Source: Eledone cirrhosa
Lineage: Eukaryota
Length of the DNA: 64,000 nt
Direction: 5' to 3'
Assembly (NCBI GenBank): GCA_964016885.1
Contig: OZ024742.1
Coordinates: 202,864,001 to 202,928,000 of the forward strand
The translations under genes were made by a program, and so were the position numbers. The notes under the pieces are model-generated. The model saw nothing but the letters and a program-made list of their open reading frames with translations, searched no databases and was not told the DNA's origin. Shown in pieces: positions 55,780 to 64,000 of this stretch (position 1 is the stretch's first letter; each line of letters starts with the position of its first letter).

Positions 55780-58394
55780 GCTAAAGGACCCCACAGCCAG
55801 GAATAAATTTCAAAGCATATTACTTGATGCTTTCGACAGTAAGGAAGAACATTTAGAGTCGGACAATATAGAGGGAGAGTGGGAGTTTCTGAAAGCAAAC
55901 CTGCTGTTGGCGACAGACGAAGTCTGTGGCTGGAGCAGGCCTGTAGGCAGGAGGAGAGTAACATGGTGGTGGAACAGTAAGGTGGAGGGGTCAATTAAGG
56001 CCAAAAAGCAGGCTTGGAAAGTATGGCGGGATGGGGGAACTAGAGAAGACTATCAAGTGGCCAGGAGGGAAGCTAGGAGACAAGTGTACTTAGCAAGAAG
56101 GGAAGCTGAGGAAAGAAAGTTCAAGCATGTTCTACAACGCGATGACCAAAAACGTGAGGTGTTCAGGATTGCTAGGCAATGCGTCAAGGAAAACCGTGAT
56201 ATTGTCGGGGAGAAGTGTGTACTAAACGACGATGGCACACTTGCCATCACCGACGCTGATAAGAAGGTAGCTTGGAAGTGTCACTATGAAAGGCTACTAA
56301 ATGAGGAGAATAAATGGGAGAAAGACAGTCTCCCCCATATCGACCCAATAGAGGGACCAGCAGTGTTAGTCGAGGGAGTATAATAAGTAAGGCAATCAAG
56401 GATATGAAGACGGGTAAGGCGGCTGGGCCTTCGGAAATAGTTGCTGAGATGCTGAAGGCATCTGGCACGGTGGGACACACCATGGTCACCCGCATAGTTA
56501 ACCAAGTCGTACAGAATGGGGTTGTTCCGAAGGACTGGCATAGCAGCATCATCGTTAACTGTTATAAGGGTAAAGGAGACGCCCTAGATAGGAGTAACTA
56601 TAGAGGCATTAAATTAATCGACCAGGTCATGAAGGTCACGGAAAAAGTAATAGCGCAACTAATCAGAGAGAGAATTGACCTAGATGAAATGCAGTTCGGG
56701 TTTGTGTCAGGCAAAAGTACCACAGACGCTCTTTTCATAGTACGACAACTACAGGAGAAGTACCTAGCTAAAGGTAAACCCCTCTACTTAGCTTTTGTCG
56801 ACTTGGAGAAAGCCTTCGACAGAGTCCCCGCTCCATTATCTGGTGGGCTCTTAGAAAACTAGGCGTTGACGAATGGCTTGTGATGGCTATACAAGCCATG
56901 TATAAAGAAACAGTCAGCAAGGTTAGAATTAACAACGAATATAGTGAAGAGTTTAGCGTAAAAGTTGGCGTCCATCAGGGCTCTGTTCTCACCCCACTAC
57001 TATTTATTATTGCCCTTCAGGCTATAACAGAGGAGTTCAAGACAGGCTGCCCATGGGAACTCCTATACGCAGACGACCTGACACTCATAGCGGAATCAAT
57101 GGCTGAGCTAGAGAAGAAATTCCAAACATGGAAGCACGGCCTAGAGTCAAAAGTACTTAAAATTAACCTGGCTAAGACCAAAGTACTAGTTTGTAGGAAA
57201 GAAAACAAGGCGGCGGTCCCTTCTGGGAAATGGTCGTGCTCGGTGTGTAGAAAGGCGTAGGTATAAACTCCATTTTATGTCCTAAATGCAAAGTATGGGT
57301 GCATAAAAGATGTAGTGGGATCACAGGTAAGCTAACTAAGAACATAGATTTTACATGTGGCCGGTGCTCTGGTGCAATAAGTAGCAGCAAGTGCCCACAA
57401 AATACTAGCTCTTTCAATTGCGCAGAGGGTTCTATAGAAATAATGGACAGCTTCCGTTACCTGGGCGATAAAATCAGCAGTGGGGGAGGGTGCTCTGAAA
57501 GTACTGTAGCTAGTGTCAGAACTGGTTGGAAAAAGTTCAGAGAGCTTATACCACTATTAGCTGCTAATGAAAGGCAGGTTGTACGATGCCTGCATACGAA
57601 CAGCAATGCTGCATGGCAGTGAGACCTGGGCATTGTGTGCAGAGGATATACGCAGACTAGAGAGGAACGAAGCTTGCATGCTCCGCTGGATATGTAACAG
57701 TAATATACGTGAACGGCAAAGCATAAACGAACTAAGGAAAAAATTAGAGATAGGAGGGATCAGATGTTGTTTACTCGAGAGAAGGCTACGTTGGTATGGA
57801 CACGTGATGCGCATGAAAGTCGATAGCTGTATAACAAAGTGCAGGGCAATAAAGCTAGACGGTAGCCACGGAGTAGGCAGACCCAGAAAAACCTGGGACG
57901 AGCTGATAAACTCCGACATCACACACTTACACCTCTCCAAGACAATGTCACTGGACCGAGACCTTTGGCGGTACTCAGTAACAGAGAAGACCCGCCTTAC
58001 CTAAATATATAGTAAAACCTACTCCAGCCAGTAGGCATCTCTAACAAAATACACCCCGTCCCACCACCACCACCCCATCCACACCACCCCGTTCTATGTA
58101 AAGTTATGTTGGTGCCGCGCCATCGAGGCCGAAACAAATGAGATCGTGTAGGTGTCACGACAAAAAAACACACAGTCCACGCTGTAATGTGGCCGTGTAG
58201 GCAACATGGTAAAAACCTCCCAGACCCACACTGTAAATGTGGTTGGTGTTAGCAAGGGCATCCAACTGTAGAAAACCTGCCAGACAGTCCTATGCGAGCA
58301 AGACAATCACTCTTGCCTCAAGTGGGACTACCCCCGTCCAAACCCATGCAAGCGTGGAACACGGACGTTAAACGTTGATGATGATGATGATGAT
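55778..58394 (+). mobile_element. RTE family B, 5'-truncated, several frameshifts
   Basis: ORF pieces 55907-56383, 56314-56862, 56880-57260, 57299-57622 and 57567-58004; (GAT)n tail. Confidence 0.94.
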
Positions 58395-58599
58395 ATATAT
58401 ATATAATTATATATATATATATACAATTATATAATTATATATATATATATATATAATTATATATATATATATATAATTATATATATATATATATATATAT
58501 AATTATATATATATATATATAATTATATATATATATATATAATTATATATATATATATATAATTATATATATATATATATAATTATATATATATATATA

Positions 58600-58711
<112 letters not shown>

Positions 58712-58941
58712 ATATATATAATATATATATATATATAATATATATATAATATATATATATATATAATATATATATAATATATATATATAATATATATATA
58801 TAATATATAATATATATATATAATATATATATATAATATATATATATAATATATATATATAATATATATATATAATATATATATATAATATATATATATA
58901 ATATATATATATAATATATATATATAATATATATATATAAT

Positions 58942-58984
<43 letters not shown>

Positions 58985-59010
58985 TATATATATATAATAT
59001 ATATATATAT

Positions 59011-59600
59011 ATGCGCATGAAAGTCGATAGCTGTATAACAAAGTGCAGGGCAATAAAGATAGACGGTAGTCACGGAATAGGCAGACCTAGAAAAACCTGG
59101 GACGAGCTGATAAACTCCGACATCACACACTTACACCTCTCCAAGACAATGTCACTGGACCGAGACCTTTGGCGGTACTCAGTAACAGAGAAGACCCGCC
59201 TTACCTAAATATATAGTAAAACCTACTCCAGCCAGTAGGCATCTCTAACAAATACACCCCGTCCCACCACCCCCACCCGATCCACACCACCCCGTTCTAT
59301 GTAAAGTTATGTTGGTGCCGCGCCATCGAGGCCGAAACAAATGAGATCGTGTAGGTGTCACGACAAAAAAACACACAGTCCACGCTGTAATGTGGCCGTG
59401 TAGGCAACACGGTAAAAACCTCCCAGACCCACACTGTAAATGTGGTTGGTGTTAGGAAGGGCATCCAACTGTAGAAAACCTGCCAGACAGTCCTATGCGA
59501 GCAAGACAATCACTCTTGCCTCAAGTGGGACTACCCCCGTCCAAACCCATGCAAGCGTGGAACACGGACGTTAAACGCTGATGATGATGATGATGATGAT
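59011..59600 (+). mobile_element. RTE family B 3' fragment
   Basis: Near-identical to 57807-58394. Confidence 0.92.
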
Positions 59601-59628
59601 ATATAATATATATATATATAATATATAC

Positions 59629-59674
<46 letters not shown>

Positions 59675-59703
59675 ATAATATATATATATATATTTATTAT
59701 ATA

Positions 59704-60515
59704 AGGAACTGGCATAAATTCTATAAAATGCACACAATACAGGTCCTGGGTACACAAGAGATGTAGCGGGATAGCAGGCAAACTAACAGGTAGGGAGAAA
59801 TATGTATGCAGTAGATGTACAGGGAAATTAGATAGTAGAAGTCGCACTGATAGACACATTTTTCAAATGCGAGAGGGCGCTATAGAAGTGGTGGATAGCT
59901 TCCGGTACCTAGGAGATCAGATTAGCATGGGAGGATAGTGTTCCGAGGCCATAGTATCTAGAATAAGGACGGGTTGGAAGAAATTTAGGGCGCTGCTTCC
60001 TCTGTTGACGAAGAAGGGTTTGTCCCTGTGTACGAAAGGCCGGTTGTATGATACCTGTGTGAGGAGCGCGATGCTGCATGGTAGTGAGACATGGGCAGCA
60101 ACCGCAGAGGATATGCAACGGCTGGAGAGAAATGAGGCAAGCATGCTCCGTTGGATGTGCAGTGTAAATGTGCGTGAACGACCCAGCATAAATGTGTTGA
60201 GAGAGAAACTGTGTCTGAGACGGATAGAATGTAGTGTACGGGAGAGGAGACTGAGGTGGTATGGACATGTGATGCGCATGGAGGATGACCGATGGATGAA
60301 GAAGTGCCAGGAAATGCCAGTTGAAGGAAGACGTGGTAGAGGTAGACCACGAAAAACATGGGCGGAGGTGGTGAGAACAGACCTCAGATCATTGAAGCTC
60401 ACGGTGGAGATGACGCGGGACCGTGACGAGTGGAGAGATGCTGGGCTGAATAAACCCGTCCCACCCTTGCAAGCAGGGAAAAGCGGACGTGAAATGATGA
60501 TGATGATGATGATGA
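59704..60515 (+). mobile_element. RTE-clade LINE family C, 3' fragment
   Basis: ORF 60005-60532 KGRLYDTCVRSAMLHGSETW..RRLRWYGHV..GRPRKTW; almost no 3'UTR; (GAT)n tail. Confidence 0.9.
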
Positions 60516-61253
60516 TATATATATATATATAATATATATATATAATATATATATATATAATATATATAATATATATAAATATAATATATATATATATTAT
60601 AATTATATATATATATAATATATATAATATATATATTATATATAATATATATAATATATATATATATTATAATTATATATATATATATAATATATAATAT
60701 ATATATATAATATATATAATATATATATATATTATAATTATATATATATATAATATATATAATATATATATATATATAATATATATAATATATATATATA
60801 TTATAATTATATATATATATATAATATATAATATATATATATATATATAATATATATATATATTATAATTATATATATATATAATATATATAATATATAT
60901 ATATATATAATATATATAATATATATATATATTATAATTATATATATATATAATATATATAATATATATATATATATAATATATATAATATATATATTTA
61001 TTATAATTATATATATATAATATATATAATATATATAATATATATATATATTATAATTATATATATATATATATATATAATATATATAATATATATAATA
61101 TATATATATATTATAATTATATATATATATATATATAATTATATATATAAATATATATATAATATATATATATAATATATATAATATATATATAATATAT
61201 ATATATATAATATATATAATATATATATATAATTATATATATATATATATAAT

Positions 61254-61285
<32 letters not shown>

Positions 61286-61331
61286 ATATATATAATATAT
61301 ATATATAATATATATAATATATATATATAAT

Positions 61332-61363
<32 letters not shown>

Positions 61364-61409
61364 ATATATATAATATATATATATAATATATATAATATAT
61401 ATATATAAT

Positions 61410-61446
<37 letters not shown>

Positions 61447-61485
61447 ATATATATATATATATTTATTATATATATATATATATAT

Positions 61486-61519
<34 letters not shown>

Positions 61520-61520
61520 A

Positions 61521-61615
<95 letters not shown>

Positions 61616-61917
61616 ATATATTATATATATATTTATATATATTATATATATATATATATATTATATATATTATATATATAATATATATATATTATATATA
61701 TAATATATATATATTATATATATATATTATATATATATATTATATATATATATATATATTATATATATAATATATTTATATATATATATATTATATATAT
61801 ATGTATATTATATATATATATATTATATATTTATATATATTATATATATATATATTATATATTTATATATATATATATTATATATATATATATTATATAT
61901 TTATATAATATATATAT

Positions 61918-61976
<59 letters not shown>

Positions 61977-62040
61977 TATATATATATAATATATATATAT
62001 ATATTATATATTTATATAATATATATATTATATATATATA

Positions 62041-62084
<44 letters not shown>

Positions 62085-62485
62085 TATATATTATATATAT
62101 ATATATTATATATATATATATTATATATATATATATTATATATATATGTATATTATATATATATGTATATTATATATATATATAATATATACATATATAT
62201 ATATATATAATAAATATATATATATATAATATATATATATTATATATAATATATATATATATTATATATAATATATATATATATTATATATATATATATA
62301 TATAATATATATATATATAATATATATATATATATATAATATATATATAATATATATAATATATACATATATATAATATATATAATATATAATATATATA
62401 ATATATAATATATATATATAAATATAATATATATATATATATAATAAATATATATATATATATAATAAATATATATATATATATA

Positions 62486-62540
<55 letters not shown>

Positions 62541-62560
62541 CATGTATATATGTCACACAT
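60516..62560. repeat. ~2-kb interrupted (TA)n array
   Basis: Direct. Confidence 0.96.
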
Positions 62561-62884
62561 ATACTCACACACAGACCAATCAATAATTGGCATTAATTAT
62601 CAATACCAATTACTCTATATTTCTCATACCAACGCCACAAACATCTTTCAACAATATTTTTTTGTCCAGATTTATTGTTGGTTACCAGACCAAAATATAT
62701 TTGATTTTTGTACAATGTGCAAAAAAAAATATCTGTATACTAGCTCCCCCCTCCCCCAACATAGTTACCTGTACTATCATCATTACCACCAACACTATCA
62801 TATATATATATATATATATATACATATATATGTATATATATATATACATATACACACACACATATATAGATACACACATATACA

Positions 62885-62915
<31 letters not shown>

Positions 62916-63072
62916 CACACACACATATATATATATGCACACACACACACACACACACATATATATACACACACACACACACGTATGTAAATGGTAACCA
63001 GAAATAAAGTAAACGACGACACAGTACATTGAAGAAGTATATTAGTTTAACACCTGAAATAGCAAGAAGAGA

Positions 63073-63113
<41 letters not shown>

Positions 63114-63284
63114 TTTATTTAAATAACAGATTAAAGTTTAAGCAAAGAATCGCTGCTTTGATCGTTAGTCTTCAAATTTATTATTATTAATATTATTACT
63201 ATATATATATATATCTATATAAAGTTGTAGTTCCTGTCTGTTTGTTCATGAACTCCTCCTATGGTTTTGGAGATAGACCCCCAT

Positions 63285-63635
63285 CATTTCATTTCATTTC
63301 ATTTCATTTCATTTTACGTCCACTTTTTCCCTGCTTGCAAGGGTGGGACGGGAACTGATTCTGGCTTGATTTCTGCAGCTGGATGCCCTTCCTAACACCA
63401 ACCTCATTTACAGTGAGTGCTGGGTGCTTTTTTGCCGTGGCGCCTACACGTCCACTTTGCAGTGGAATGATATGGACCCCAGGCCCTATCATCTCATTTC
63501 TACAGCTGAGTAAACTGGAGCAATGTGAAATGAAGTGTCTTGCTCAAGGAAACAACACATCACCCGGTCTGAGAATTGAACTCCCAACCTTTCGATTGCA
63601 AGGCCAATGCTCTAACCACTAAGCCATTTGCCTCC
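63285..63635 (-). mobile_element. tRNA-derived CORE-type SINE (family 1) with (GAAAT)n tail
   Basis: Reverse complement of the 37798-type SINE; the tail is (CATTT)n on the plus strand. Confidence 0.92.
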
Positions 63636-64000
63636 ACATAACCATATATATTCTGAAACTACATTGCCCAGGGTACTTGGATAAGTATATTTCATTTTAA
63701 TTAAAGGTTTTCCCGGGGGCACAAACCTCCGCTGAATACCCCTGCTGAAAATGTTTTTGCTTCTATTTACATGAAATTTAAACCATACGTAAATGATGCC
63801 TATTCACAAAATTTCAGTAAATATCAATAATACTAAGACACCCTAATGGGGGTTAAACCCCCTATAGTGAACATTTTGGAAGCCCATAACTTGAGTATTG
63901 GAACCTCTATTATCACAGAATTTTTCTATTAATTAAACGTAAATCAACAAAAAGAGCACCTCTCTTTTATAGTAAAATTTTGCTAGACATTTTAATCACT

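Overview
Eukaryotic (metazoan) DNA made almost entirely of repeats. The combination of tRNA/CORE-type SINEs, RTE LINEs with (GAT)n tails and multi-kb (TA)n arrays suggests an octopus-like cephalopod (inference). The only host-gene sequence I can find is one 143-bp minus-strand exon (26946-27088) of a nicotinic acetylcholine receptor subunit, which the ORF track misses, so at least the regions flanking it are probably intronic. The rest is a Tigger/pogo transposon end, a decayed full-length Tx1/L1-clade LINE, four RTE-type LINE families in many copies, three different Penelope-like elements (PLEs), two SINE families and very long (TA)n arrays. The most striking unannotated layer is a dense set of minimal type I hammerhead-ribozyme (HHR) motifs from several unrelated sequence families. 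Many sit in short non-coding fold-back elements whose symmetry axis lies at or just 5' of the ribozyme core, and one lies in an 831-bp unit with a 45-bp terminal redundancy (retrozyme/circular-template-like). The many YI/IY-rich ORFs are microsatellite artefacts. All calls are by eye, without database searches.
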